DNA of 64,000 bases, taken from assembly GCA_963921275.4 (NCBI GenBank), contig OZ001293.3:5760001-5824000 (forward strand), in the 5' to 3' direction. The first letter of the stretch is position 1. Each line of letters starts with the position of its first letter. This DNA is from an uncultured Hormoscilla sp. (GTDB lineage Bacteria > Cyanobacteriota > Cyanobacteriia > Cyanobacteriales > Desertifilaceae). A program made the position numbers and the translations under genes. Shown here in pieces: positions 51,946-62,474 of the stretch. A model generated the notes under the pieces. That model made no database searches and was not told where the DNA came from. It worked only from the letters and a program-made list of their open reading frames with translations.

Positions 51946-54900
51946 ATGTCAATCCCTGAGTTTAACCGCAGCATCGCAGTAATTATAGGTATAAATGAGT
52001 ACAGAAATAGGATTCCCAGGCTGAAGACAGCAGTGAATGACGCCCATACTCTGGCGGATCTGCTCAGAGAAAAATACAAGTACGAGGTGTTACTGCTGTT
52101 AGACAAAGAGGTGACGCGCGATCGCTTGGGTGATTTATTGACAGCATTCAAACAGGGAAGAATACCTTGGACCAGGAGAAAAACCGTGAAAGTAGGGTCA
52201 GATGACCGAGTATTGTTCTACTTTGCGGGACATGGAATAGCCCGGGATGGACTGGACAGTAAAGATGGGCCAGCGGGATATATTTTACCCCAGGATGCCC
52301 AACGGGAAGACGATCGCAGTTTTGTACCTATGCAGGAATTGCACGATGCCCTGATCGCACTGCCTTGCCGTCACCTCTTGGCGATCTTGGACTGCTGCTT
52401 TGCCGGGGCATTTCGCTGGTCGGGGTATACCAGAGATGTAGTCCGTTCCCAGAGAGTATATGCCGAAAGGTACGATCGCTTCATCAACAGCTCGGCGCGG
52501 CAGGTGATCGCCTCTGCGGCCCACGATGAAAAAGCCTTAGATTTTATCTCCCAACTGGGCGATCGGGGAGCTGCTGCTGGCGGTCATTCTCCCTTTGCCG
52601 AGCTGTTGTTTAAGGGGCTGTATCAATATGCCGATTTTACTGAGGACAATTTGATTACCGCCACAGAACTCTATCTCTATTTATATACCAAGTTAGCAGA
52701 GAAAACCGAAAAACAAACCCCCAGTCTCTTTCAACTGAAAACTCATGATAAAGGGGAGTACATCTTCCGGGTGCCCGGTCGTCAACTGAAATTAGCAACA
52801 GCACCACCACTCGATTATGACAGCAACCCCTACAAGGGCCTCGAACCCTTTGAGGAAGCAGACAGCGATATCTTCTTTGGCCGCCAACGGACGATCGACA
52901 AGCTGTGGTCCCACCTGCGGGAGAAAAACAAACCGCCTTTGACTGTATTATTAGGCGATACAGGCAGTGGCAAGTCGAGCTTAGTTAAAGCTGGTCTGCT
53001 GCCCCTGTTAAGAAGAGAAAACTGGCATATCCTCGGTCCCATGCGCCCGTGCAACTCTCCATTTACAGCTCTAGTAGATACCATCATCATCTCTAATGGG
53101 AGTCAAGAAAAACAAACAGAACAAACCTTGGTCGAGAAGCTGAGAGAATGGAGACAGAACCACCCGACAACCAGGCTACTTCTCGCGATCGACCAGTTCC
53201 ACGAACTGGTGACCATCTGTCCCCGCCGGCGAGAACAAAAGTTCATTGCTTTGCTGAGGAAATTGCTGACTGATAAGGTGATCGACCTGGAGATATTGAT
53301 CGTCTTGCGATCGGACTTATTGCCTCATTATAGCAAAATACTCTCAGATAGAGATCGCACCTTGTTAACGCTGTTTTTGGTGGAGCCAATGACACAGAAT
53401 GAATTACGGGAAGTGATTGAGAAGCCAGCCCAAGAACGGGTCTTATATTTCGATCCGCCTGAGTTGGTAGACAAGTTAATTAATGATGTGGTGCAGATGC
53501 CTGGGGCTTTGCCATTACTATCCTTTACTCTTAGCGAACTTTACCTCAAGTATCTACAGCGCCGAGGAAACGATCGCACCATGAGGGAGTCGGACTATAA
53601 TCAACTGGGTGGGGTGATGGGTGCCCTGACCAATAGAGCCACGGAAGAATATGAAGCGTTACTGAAATTAGACCCCGCCTATGAAAAAACCTTGCGCTGG
53701 CTGATGTTGCGCATGATTGCTATAGATGGGGGAGTTTCAACTAGGCGGCGGGTGCCCCGATCGGAATTAAGATACTCAAAATCCCAGGACGATCGGCGCG
53801 TCAAAACGGCAATCGAAAGCTTTTCTTCAGCCCGGTTAATAGTTGAAGGCAATGAAACCGGAGGAGAGCCTTATGTGGAGCCAGCTCATGATGCCTTGGT
53901 GACAGGATGGGATCTGCTCCTAAATTGGAAGCATGAATATCAGGAATATCTCACTTTACAAAGAATCGTGAATAATGCCGCGATCGCTTGGCAGGATAAT
54001 CAACGCCAGGTGAGAGACCTGTGGGATGAAAATTCTCGGCTGCCGAAATTGCTGGAAATCCGGAAATCCCAGGATAATTGGCTCAACCAGCTAGAAACAG
54101 AATTTGTCGATCGCAGCATTAAGCAGAAACGGAAATCCCAGCGACGTTCTTTTCTATCAGTAGTGGCAATGATTGCACTCGGTACCGGGTTTGGTGGATT
54201 GTATTTTGCTCGGAAAATCCAAGTAGGAATGGCAGAAATTAGTATCTCCATCGCTACCTCAGAAGTCATGTTTGCTAACAATCAACAGTTAGAAGCATTA
54301 CAACAAACTTTACAGGTAGGAGGGAGATTGAAGCAATCATTATGGCACAAAATATGGCCAGAACGGCATTTGCAAAATCAAGTTACCACAACTATGCAAA
54401 AAATAGTTGATGGCGTACAAGAACGCAACCGCATAGAGGGCGATCTCTACCAAGTGTGGAGCGTCAGTTTTAGTCCGGACGGCAGCCTCTTAGCTACCGC
54501 AGAATCTAACGGCACAGTGCATTTATGGGACAAGTTTGGCAAAAATTTGTCGGTCTTAACAGGACATACAGACAAAGTTAGCAGCATCAGTTTTAGTCCG
54601 GACGGTCAACTGCTAGCTACTGCTGCTGATGATGGCACGGCGCGTTTGTGGGACTTATCCAACCAGAAGTTAGTGAAAATGATTAGGCATCAAGGCAAAG
54701 TATTGAGTGTCAGTTTTAGCCCCGATGGATCAGCATTAGCCACCTCGGGAAGCGACGGCACTGTGAGTTTGTGGGACTTATCAGGCCAGCAGTTAGAGCA
54801 ATTTCAGGCCGATCGAGGCTGGGTTTGGAGCGTCAGTTTTAGCCCGAACGGCAGTCAACTCGCTACCGGTTCGGGAGATGGTACGGCTAGTTTATGGGAT

Positions 54901-56280
54901 TTGCAAGGCCAAAAGTTAGCTGAATTTCAGGGGCATGAAAGGCGAGTTAATAGTATCAGTTTTAGCCCGGATGGCAAGGAGTTGGCAACCGCAGGCTCTG
55001 ACGGGACAGCACGCTTATGGAACTTGCAGGGCCAACAGTTAGCTGAATTAAAAGGACATCTTGGTGCTGTCTTGAACGTCAGTTTTAGTCCCAATGGCAA
55101 GCTTTTGGCAACCGCAGGAGCCGACAGCACCGCCCGCCTGTGGTCCTATCAGAGCAAACGGCAATTTGTCCAGCTTCTGGGCCAATTTAAGGGACATCAA
55201 AACTGGGTGACAAGTCTGAGTTTTAGTCCGGATAGCAAGGTACTAGCCACCGCTTCCTTAGATGGCACTACCCGCTTCTGGGACTTGCAAGGCAAACAGG
55301 TGCAGAAGCTCGCAGCACCAGGTAATCACCCCATCAAAAGTGTCAATTTTAGTCCAGATGGCAAGGTACTGGCTACAGTTGGGTCTGACGGTACTGCCCT
55401 TTTGTGGGATATAGAAAACCGACAGCAGCTGAGGGAATTGAAAGGACATCTTGGAGTAGTCTGGAATATCAGTTTTAGCCCCGATGGCCAGCTGCTAGCT
55501 ACTGTGGGTTCTGACAGAACTTTCCGCTTGTGGGACTTGCAGGGCCATCAGTTGCTGATGGTAACAGCATATCAAGGACAAGAGATCCGTAGCATCAGTT
55601 TTAGTCCCGATGGCCAGCAATTGGCTACCGTAGGAGATGAGGGCATTGCTAAATTATGGGACTTACAGGGCCATCAGTTGGCTGAATTTAAGGGTCATCG
55701 AGGCAAGGTGTTGAGCGTCAGTTTTAGCCTCAACTCTCAGCAGTTGGCGACCGCAGGAGAGGACGGCAGCTTCCGCCTGTGGAACTTACGGGGAAAACAG
55801 TTGCTGCAGGTAAAAGCCTATTCTGGTTGGATTAATAGCATCAGTTTTAGCCCCGATGGTCAGAAATTGGCTACCGCTGGAGATGATAATGTTTTCCGCT
55901 TGTGGAACTTGCAGGGGGAACAGCTAGCTGAAGGTAAAGGCCATATTGGCTCGATCCAAAAAATAGTTTTTAGCGCTGACGGTCAGCGATTAGCTACTGC
56001 TGGCAATGATGGCACGGCCCGCTTGTGGGACTTGCAGGGAAATCAATTGGCTCAATGGACCGCCCATGCTGGGTGGGTGACTGGCATTAGTTTGCACCCC
56101 GATGGTACCTTGCTTGCTACCGCAGGAGATGATGGTATTGCTAAGTTATGGCCCATTGAAGAATTCGATCGACTCCTCAGTCGGGGTTGTGATTGGCTCA
56201 GTGATTATCTCGAACATAATCGGAATGTTAGCGAGAAAGACCGCCAAGCATGCGATCTCATACTTGGCGCTGAAGATTGA
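51946..56280 (+). CDS. Caspase-like peptidase + STAND (nSTAND1-like) NTPase + TM + WD40 repeats
   Basis: YFAGHG and DCCFAG dyad; NPYKGL, GDTGSGKSS, IDQF and LPLLSFTL motifs; about 14 WD40 repeats. Confidence 0.9.
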   Translation: MSIPEFNRSIAVIIGINEYRNRIPRLKTAVNDAHTLADLLREKYKYEVLLLLDKEVTRDRLGDLLTAFKQGRIPWTRRKTVKVGSDDRVLFYFAGHGIARDGLDSKDGPAGYILPQDAQREDDRSFVPMQELHDALIALPCRHLLAILDCCFAGAFRWSGYTRDVVRSQRVYAERYDRFINSSARQVIASAAHDEKALDFISQLGDRGAAAGGHSPFAELLFKGLYQYADFTEDNLITATELYLYLYTKLAEKTEKQTPSLFQLKTHDKGEYIFRVPGRQLKLATAPPLDYDSNPYKGLEPFEEADSDIFFGRQRTIDKLWSHLREKNKPPLTVLLGDTGSGKSSLVKAGLLPLLRRENWHILGPMRPCNSPFTALVDTIIISNGSQEKQTEQTLVEKLREWRQNHPTTRLLLAIDQFHELVTICPRRREQKFIALLRKLLTDKVIDLEILIVLRSDLLPHYSKILSDRDRTLLTLFLVEPMTQNELREVIEKPAQERVLYFDPPELVDKLINDVVQMPGALPLLSFTLSELYLKYLQRRGNDRTMRESDYNQLGGVMGALTNRATEEYEALLKLDPAYEKTLRWLMLRMIAIDGGVSTRRRVPRSELRYSKSQDDRRVKTAIESFSSARLIVEGNETGGEPYVEPAHDALVTGWDLLLNWKHEYQEYLTLQRIVNNAAIAWQDNQRQVRDLWDENSRLPKLLEIRKSQDNWLNQLETEFVDRSIKQKRKSQRRSFLSVVAMIALGTGFGGLYFARKIQVGMAEISISIATSEVMFANNQQLEALQQTLQVGGRLKQSLWHKIWPERHLQNQVTTTMQKIVDGVQERNRIEGDLYQVWSVSFSPDGSLLATAESNGTVHLWDKFGKNLSVLTGHTDKVSSISFSPDGQLLATAADDGTARLWDLSNQKLVKMIRHQGKVLSVSFSPDGSALATSGSDGTVSLWDLSGQQLEQFQADRGWVWSVSFSPNGSQLATGSGDGTASLWDLQGQKLAEFQGHERRVNSISFSPDGKELATAGSDGTARLWNLQGQQLAELKGHLGAVLNVSFSPNGKLLATAGADSTARLWSYQSKRQFVQLLGQFKGHQNWVTSLSFSPDSKVLATASLDGTTRFWDLQGKQVQKLAAPGNHPIKSVNFSPDGKVLATVGSDGTALLWDIENRQQLRELKGHLGVVWNISFSPDGQLLATVGSDRTFRLWDLQGHQLLMVTAYQGQEIRSISFSPDGQQLATVGDEGIAKLWDLQGHQLAEFKGHRGKVLSVSFSLNSQQLATAGEDGSFRLWNLRGKQLLQVKAYSGWINSISFSPDGQKLATAGDDNVFRLWNLQGEQLAEGKGHIGSIQKIVFSADGQRLATAGNDGTARLWDLQGNQLAQWTAHAGWVTGISLHPDGTLLATAGDDGIAKLWPIEEFDRLLSRGCDWLSDYLEHNRNVSEKDRQACDLILGAED

Positions 56281-56774
56281 ACTGTCAGGGCGGCGTTCCT
56301 CAAGCTATTTCTTGGGTCCTAAAGGGCGATCGCCTGTTATGAGATCGCTACCGAGTCCGGACAGGCCACCTGTGAGTTCTCCGAGATCGCCTGTGAGTCC
56401 TCCCAGATTACCAAAGAGTCCTCCTGAATTTTGATTGTCCAGTCCGCCAAAAATCTGATTGCCGAGTCCTAAAATATCATTACCAATGCCTGCACCCTGA
56501 GAGAGCAGTCCTAACCCTAAAGCTTCACCCAGGGCTATAGGTTGATAGTTAAAGGCTGTCCGCTGATAGCTGAATGCTGTGCGTTGATAGCTGAATGCTA
56601 TCCGCTGTGTTTTGAATGCTAAATGCTGAGAGCAGAAGGCCCGGCGCTGATTCCTGAATGCTGTCCGCTGATTCCTGAATGCTGTCCGCTAATACCCGAA
56701 GGCTGTACTGAAGCTGCCATATTGTTAATTCCTCAAGTACAGTATTTTCAATCTATCAACGATTATAGCAAATC

Positions 56775-56880
56775 TGGTGGGCGGTGCCCATCCGACGTTT
56801 TTGCCCTCGCCGATGGTGGGCACCGCCCACCCGACGTTTTCCTCATGCGGATGGTGGGCGGTACCCACCCGACGTTTTCT
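56775..56880. repeat. Three REP-like palindromes
   Basis: GGTGGGCRNYRCCCAYCCGACGTTTT units; relatives near 10705, 38958 and 45213. Confidence 0.7.
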
Positions 56881-58510
56881 TCATACTGTAATAGGGAAAC
56901 TGCTGGGTTGGTTCTATCGTTGCTCCTGTAATCCTTTTCTGGGCGAAAATGTAGTCTTTATTTAGCCATAAAGGGATAAAGGGTACCTCTTCAGCCATGA
57001 TTTCTTGTATCTCAATCAACATCGCTTGACGTTTTTCGGGGTTCGCTTCTTGCCGCTGTTGGTCGATTAGCTCATTCACCCGATCGTTGTAGTAAAATGA
57101 CCCGTGATATTGGCTGGCTCCTGCCTGGCAACCGGCCCTCGCCGAACCCCGATCGCAATCCATAAAGGGCTGAATGTAGTTGTCCGGGTCAAAGAAGTCC
57201 GCATACCAATCTAGTAAGAATGTCGGATATACTCCTTTGTCCAGATTGTCAAAGGCTGTTGTTGATTCTACACTTTTCAGTTCCAGCCGCATCATCCCGT
57301 CCATTTTCTGGTCCGCGATCGCCTTAATGGTACTGGCAATCACGCCCCGTTTGGTAGAATTGGAAGCATACCAGAGTTCTATTATTGCCGGGTTAGCTTG
57401 GGAATATCCCGCCTTTTGCAGCAAGGCTTTAGCTTTGGCTGCATTGCCATCACCGTATTCTGTTTGGAAAACTGGTTTATAGGCATCAAAAGAGGTAGGA
57501 ATCAAACTATAGGCTGGTTGGGCCTGATTTTGCAGCACCCGCTGATTCAGAATTTGCCGATCGATTATCGCTGCTAGGGCCTGTCGGACCTCTAGTTTAT
57601 CCAAGGGGGGAGAGTTGACATTAACAACTATATAGTTTAAGGTATTGCTATCAGTTGTAATGGATTGCCAGCCTGTTTTAGCAGCTTGTGCATCCAGGGC
57701 CTTAATTTGATCGGCATCCAGAGAACCAGCAGCTACATCGATCGCCCCCGTGCGAAAAGCATTGAACAGGTTAGCGGAACCAGAGAATATCTGCATATCA
57801 ATGCCAGGGTTTTGGGGTTTGCTGCCCCAATATTCGTCAAAGACATCTAAGCGGATGATATCAGTGCCAAATTCTGCTAATTTGTAGGGACCAGTACCGA
57901 CAAAGCTGTTGGGCCGGAATTTTCCCGAACCTATTTCATAGGCTTGGGGAGAAACGGCGCAGGCACCTGAAAATGCTAACAGGGCCGGAAAGGCGGTAAA
58001 GGGCCGTCTTAGCTTGATAGTAAGTTCGTACTCTCCTGTTGCTTGGATAGATTCTACTACGTCACCTAGCAAGAAGGAAGGTGGGCCTTCATTTTCGATG
58101 AAGCGCCGCAAGGAAAATGACATCGCTTCGGCATTGAAAGGTGTGCCATCATGAAATTTTACCCCTTGACGCAATGGGATAATGTATGTTAGATTATCTT
58201 TACTGACTTGGGGTAATTCTGTGGCTAGTTGCGGGACTAGCTGGGTCGTGCCTGGGGCATAGCTGTACAGGCGATCACCCAGATTATACAGTAAATTGCC
58301 CGATGCCAGTTCGTAAGCATCTGCTGGATCTACCGTGCGCACCTTCAGGGTTGTGCCGATGATAATGCGATCGGTATTTGATTGAGTTGTAGCGGGAGGG
58401 TTGCTACAGCTAACGACTAGCAAAAAACATAAGCTAAACAAACCCATAAATTGGACCACCGGTCGTAACTTTCTCGGAAAGCGGTTAAATAAGTTCATCG
58501 GTCTTGTCAT
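56843..58510 (-). CDS. Peptide ABC substrate-binding lipoprotein (family 5)
   Basis: Lipobox LVVSC; LRQGVKFHDGTPFNA and VGTGPY motifs. Confidence 0.92.
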   Translation of the reverse strand: MTRPMNLFNRFPRKLRPVVQFMGLFSLCFLLVVSCSNPPATTQSNTDRIIIGTTLKVRTVDPADAYELASGNLLYNLGDRLYSYAPGTTQLVPQLATELPQVSKDNLTYIIPLRQGVKFHDGTPFNAEAMSFSLRRFIENEGPPSFLLGDVVESIQATGEYELTIKLRRPFTAFPALLAFSGACAVSPQAYEIGSGKFRPNSFVGTGPYKLAEFGTDIIRLDVFDEYWGSKPQNPGIDMQIFSGSANLFNAFRTGAIDVAAGSLDADQIKALDAQAAKTGWQSITTDSNTLNYIVVNVNSPPLDKLEVRQALAAIIDRQILNQRVLQNQAQPAYSLIPTSFDAYKPVFQTEYGDGNAAKAKALLQKAGYSQANPAIIELWYASNSTKRGVIASTIKAIADQKMDGMMRLELKSVESTTAFDNLDKGVYPTFLLDWYADFFDPDNYIQPFMDCDRGSARAGCQAGASQYHGSFYYNDRVNELIDQQRQEANPEKRQAMLIEIQEIMAEEVPFIPLWLNKDYIFAQKRITGATIEPTQQFPYYSMKKTSGGYRPPSA

Positions 58511-58552
58511 TTGTGTTATACTTTCTTATATTACTATACTATCGGGAGAATA

Positions 58553-58972
58553 ATGTCAGCTAAAGACAAATTACACTATGCTGTAAAGCGAGGTCTCGAA
58601 AAAGAACAGTGGATAATTACGCAGGATCCTCTGACGATTAAGTTTGAGGATAAGGATCTGGTTGAAATTGACTTGGCAGCAGATAGACTCTTGGGGGCTG
58701 AAAGATCGGGAGTAAAAATTGCAGTTGAAATCAAAAGTTTTTTAAATGACTCACCGATGTATGATTTTCACCTAGCGTTGGGACAGTTGTTGAATTACCG
58801 TTTAGCCCTAGCAGCGAATGAACCCGATCGCATTCTGTACTTGGCAGTTCCGTTTACTGCTTATGAGTCTTTTTTCAGACGGCCTCTGCCTAAAGCATCG
58901 ATTCGCCAGCATCAAATTAAGCTGATTTTGTATAACCAAGTTGATGAGGTGATTGTCAAATGGATCGACTAG
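58553..58972 (+). CDS. xisH: XisH family protein
   Basis: MSAKD...WIITQDPL...IDLAAD...IAVEIKSF...ALGQ. Confidence 0.9.
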   Translation: MSAKDKLHYAVKRGLEKEQWIITQDPLTIKFEDKDLVEIDLAADRLLGAERSGVKIAVEIKSFLNDSPMYDFHLALGQLLNYRLALAANEPDRILYLAVPFTAYESFFRRPLPKASIRQHQIKLILYNQVDEVIVKWID

Positions 58973-59325
58973 ATTATTATCGTCAATGCATTCAAAAGCT
59001 GCTAATAGAACGCAGTAGGGGAACGGTGATTAATGCCGAACTTGAGATTCAAAGGATTTTCGATACGGAACGCGATCGCTATCTGGTTGTCTATTTGGGG
59101 TGGGACGAACATCTGCGCGTCTATAATTCGGTTATGCATTTGGATATTAAAGATGGCCAAATCTGGATTCAGCGCAATGAGACCGATCGCCCGATCGCGG
59201 AAGAACTGGTAGAAATGGGCGTTCCCAAGGAGGATATTGTTATTGGAGTTCAACCGGTTGATTCACGTCCCTATACCGGTTTTGGCGGTGCCGCCTCGAC
59301 AACTCCATCGGATATTCTCCAGTAG
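58960..59325 (+). CDS. xisI: XisI family protein
   Basis: HLDIKDGQIWIQ...GVPKEDIV; overlaps xisH. Confidence 0.9.
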   Translation: MDRLDYYRQCIQKLLIERSRGTVINAELEIQRIFDTERDRYLVVYLGWDEHLRVYNSVMHLDIKDGQIWIQRNETDRPIAEELVEMGVPKEDIVIGVQPVDSRPYTGFGGAASTTPSDILQ

Positions 59326-59433
59326 TCTAGAAACCAGGTAATTCCTTTAAAACCTGGTTTCTTAATCAACGCACCCCTTGTTCGTAATACAATAGCACTC
59401 AGTCGTCAAGGTTCTCAAAGCCAGGAGTGAAAA

Positions 59434-59903
59434 ATGACGGAAGATAATGATAAAGAAAGTCCCAGTTCCAGGGGTTCCTTCATCCCCCAACTGCTAATAT
59501 TGCTAGGCAGTTCCCTATTCATCTTTTTGGGAGCCAAGTATACTATTGATTCCATTATCAATATTTCCGAAATTGTCGGCATTGGTAAGGATATTATAGC
59601 TGTCAGCGCTGTTGCGATCGGGACTTCTTTGCCCGAATTGCTAGTCACCTTTAATGCAGCGAGAAAATGAAACCCAGAAATTGCGGTTGGCAATGTTTTA
59701 GGTTCCAATATCTTCAATGCCTCGATCGTGATGGCCATTTGGTGATTTCCGAAAATATGATAACTGGGAGTTTGCGGACCATGCTGATGGGAACGGTTTT
59801 GTTCTTCTTCGTCACTCAAGATAAACAAGTCACCCGCTGGAAAGGATTGCTATTCTTTATCTTTTATGGGTGATTCATTGGCAATTTGTTCGACTTCTTC
59901 TAA
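59434..59903 (+). pseudogene. Ca2+/Na+ antiporter C-terminal fragment
   Basis: AIGTSLPEL, then GNVLGSNIFN in another frame. Confidence 0.8.
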
Positions 59904-60039
59904 AATAGAAACGATCGCTTCAGACTGCGATCGGGACACTGCATCTGATATCTTGACAATTTGATTTCCGGTCATCGCCGTGCCCCAAATACATGCGATC
60001 GCCCCCAATACCCTATCGCTATATTACCCATTCCATATT

Positions 60040-60525
60040 TTACTGTTGGCGAACAATTGCTAGGTTTTTCTGGAGAAAATTATCTATTTCCGAGACCACA
60101 ACTGCTTGCTGGATATTAATTCCTAACACTTCTGCTACTTCTATTACCTCCAAAAAGCTGGCACTTTCATAATTATTCCGTTCGTATTCCGTAATCTTTT
60201 CCACGGGTATTTGGGCGAGACTTGCTAACTCGGCTGGACTTATTTTAGCGGCAATTCTGGCTTTAATCAAGAACTGCGCGATCTTGTCTACAGTGAAGTT
60301 CGTGCGGCCAAAGGCGAACTCATTGTCAGAGTGTGCTTTCAGAGTTTCGTACTCCACTATTTCTGACCGCAGGGCCGCTATATGACTTTCATAAGATTCT
60401 TGCAGCAGTTTCGACCCGGTTTGCTGCTGTTGCCTGTGTTCCAGGGATGCTATCGCCTGTTCAAATTTCTCCACCCAATCTTTGCTGATCCGATACTGGC
60501 GATCGTTTTTAATCATGGTTCCCAT
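60040..60525 (-). CDS. XRE-type HTH protein (putative antitoxin)
   Basis: MIKNDRQYR...LIKARIAAKISPAELA...YE motif. Confidence 0.75.
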   Translation of the reverse strand: MGTMIKNDRQYRISKDWVEKFEQAIASLEHRQQQQTGSKLLQESYESHIAALRSEIVEYETLKAHSDNEFAFGRTNFTVDKIAQFLIKARIAAKISPAELASLAQIPVEKITEYERNNYESASFLEVIEVAEVLGINIQQAVVVSEIDNFLQKNLAIVRQQ

Positions 60526-60544
60526 CTCCTTAAATCTATGGCAA

Positions 60545-60919
60545 TTATTCTTTTGACATTATATTCTCATCTACTGGCTGGTCTGAGGGGAAAATTTCGC
60601 CTCTATATTTTGCTTTTTGGGCTGCGAGATCGTCAATTTTTAGTAAAGTCGGGGCATTCTTTCTCAGGAAGTCAATATCAACATCTTCTCGATCCCAACA
60701 GGCATCGAAGTCACCTGGGTTGGCAGCAACAGTTACAAAGCTACCATTAATGTAGATAGTACGACATCCAGCTGCTTTTAGCTGTTCCATTACTTCCTAT
60801 AGTCCGTTTATAAGTCGCTTGCGACGAGAGTTAGTGCAAAATCTTTCTTTAAATTCTGACCATTCCGCCCAATGGATACCTGGGGGAAGATTACCGTTCT
60901 CGTCAAAAGGGGGTATCAT
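60545..60919 (-). pseudogene. Nucleotidyltransferase-like (DUF6932-type) toxin with an internal stop
   Basis: MIPPFDENGNLPPGIH...GL*EV...NGSFVT...PGDFD. Confidence 0.7.
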
Positions 60920-61055
60920 TATCTAAGATGGGTGGTAATTTGAAAACTAGGATAAATTACAGGCGATCGAGACCCTACCATTCGATCGGATATTAGGTCT
61001 TCTGGACGAGTCGTAATTTCTCATGCCTATGATTATAGCATTACCTCGGATACTG

Positions 61056-61268
61056 TCAAGAGATTGCTTGTTTGTTCTCTTTAGCGATTCTAATCAAAAA
61101 CCTTAGCGCCTCATTTACTGATTCTGAATTGGGAAACACTTCTGCTACGTCTGGTTCTAGATGAATTATCGTCTCGCCAAAACTTTTTCTTCCAGGACCT
61201 ACTTTCCTGACACGCAAACGTCGCAAATCGTACTCTACACGAAGTTCATCGGACATTTCCATTTCCAC
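61056..61268 (-). CDS. Orphan antitoxin-like protein
   Basis: DELRVEYDL...LEPDVAEVFPNSESVNEALR; only a BrnT-like 3' tail remains upstream; 3' end duplicated at 62111-62191. Confidence 0.7.
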   Translation of the reverse strand: MEMEMSDELRVEYDLRRLRVRKVGPGRKSFGETIIHLEPDVAEVFPNSESVNEALRFLIRIAKENKQAIS

Positions 61269-61400
61269 CCTCCTCCATATATTTCTCGCTCTATCCTTGT
61301 TACTATTTTTCAGTACATTTTACTACATTATACTTGACAGTAGACGAAGCAAAAAGAAGCGCGTTCCCTGCTTTCTACATAGAACGATACGATCGCGATT

Positions 61401-61649
61401 TTATAGCTCGACATCTTCCAGTTTAACACCTCGTCCAGCTCGGAGGCTTTCTCTAGCAGACTGAATTCGACGCAGGAAGCGCGGATCCCGCTCCAACCAA
61501 TAATCAAACCAATCGTCGGACGATTTAAAATTAATCAGCATCCCGGCTGGCTTACCATCTTGCATGATCACGATTTTCTCCTCTTCAGCCAGTTTTAGAT
61601 ACCCTGGTAAATTGTTTTGGATTTCAGTCAAGGTCACTTCTTTCATCAT
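61401..61649 (-). CDS. Phd/YefM-family antitoxin
   Basis: MKEVTLTEIQNNL...IVIMQDGKPAGML. Confidence 0.75.
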   Translation of the reverse strand: MMKEVTLTEIQNNLPGYLKLAEEEKIVIMQDGKPAGMLINFKSSDDWFDYWLERDPRFLRRIQSARESLRAGRGVKLEDVEL

Positions 61650-61749
61650 TTTCTCTAAATTGTCCGATCTTTCACCCTCCCGTCCCCTAATGCGGAATAT
61701 CGGGGCCCAGGAAGCGTGCATGTTCCTATTATAATTCTCCCTTACCAAC

Positions 61750-61947
61750 TAATTCAGCCACTAATGGCTTTGACTGTGACAGACGACTCACCGCCAATAT
61801 CGAAAATTATAAAATATTACCTTCTTCATCCACCATTTCCATCACCGCATCGTTGTTTGTTTCCTGCATATAACCGGGTTTATCTGAAAATATCACTTCC
61901 AGATAGTCCCCTTCCTTGTCATACCATACTTTTACATTTGAGGCCAT
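61750..61947 (-). pseudogene. DUF2283-like small protein, frameshifted
   Basis: VKVWYDKEGDYLEV...VDEEGNI. Confidence 0.65.
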
Positions 61948-62249
61948 ACTTCCAGATAATCTGTTAATATTTTCATTGCTTTCATTCCGTACCGTCAGGG
62001 CGATCGCTCCCCAGCTTTTTCACGATCCTCTTTGACTCTTAAGGGATACTGCGATCGCCGTTTCTTTTACCAACGCTCGTCAACCTAGCTGCTTACAAAT
62101 ATTATACATCACCTCGGATACTGTGAAGAGATTGCTTGTTTGTTCTCCTTAGCGATTCTAATCAAAAACCTTAGAGCCTCATTTACTGATTTGGGAGGAG
62201 GAGAAATTTCAAGTCATTAGCTATTTCAACAGCACGACGCCGCAAAACA

Positions 62250-62474
62250 ATAAGCAATTGTTGGCTGACAATTAACTATTATTGGCTTACTATAAGCTAT
62301 AGTAAGGTTACTATAAGCCAATATAACCTTACTATAAGCTATAGTAAGTTTACTATAAATTAATGTAACCTTACTATAGCTTATAGTAAGGTTACTATAA
62401 GCCAATATAAACTTACTATAAGCTATAATAAGTTTACTATAAATTAATGTAAACTTACTATAAGCTATTGTAAA
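62250..62474. repeat. AT-rich 21-bp period tandem array with internal dyad symmetry
   Basis: About 10 degenerate TTACTATAAGCTATAGTAAGN units. Confidence 0.8.

Noticed and set aside
53907..53917. ATGGGATCT matching the predicted IS110 donor half (also near 29974)
   Set aside because: Short match inside ordinary coding sequence with no IS context; expected by chance
54450..56160. Repeated DNA as a diversity-generating retroelement template/variable pair
   Set aside because: Ordinary WD40 coding repeats; no reverse transcriptase and no adenine-specific variation seen
58553..59325. xisH/xisI as evidence of an excision element
   Set aside because: No recombinase or interrupted target gene nearby; stand-alone pairs are common in cyanobacteria
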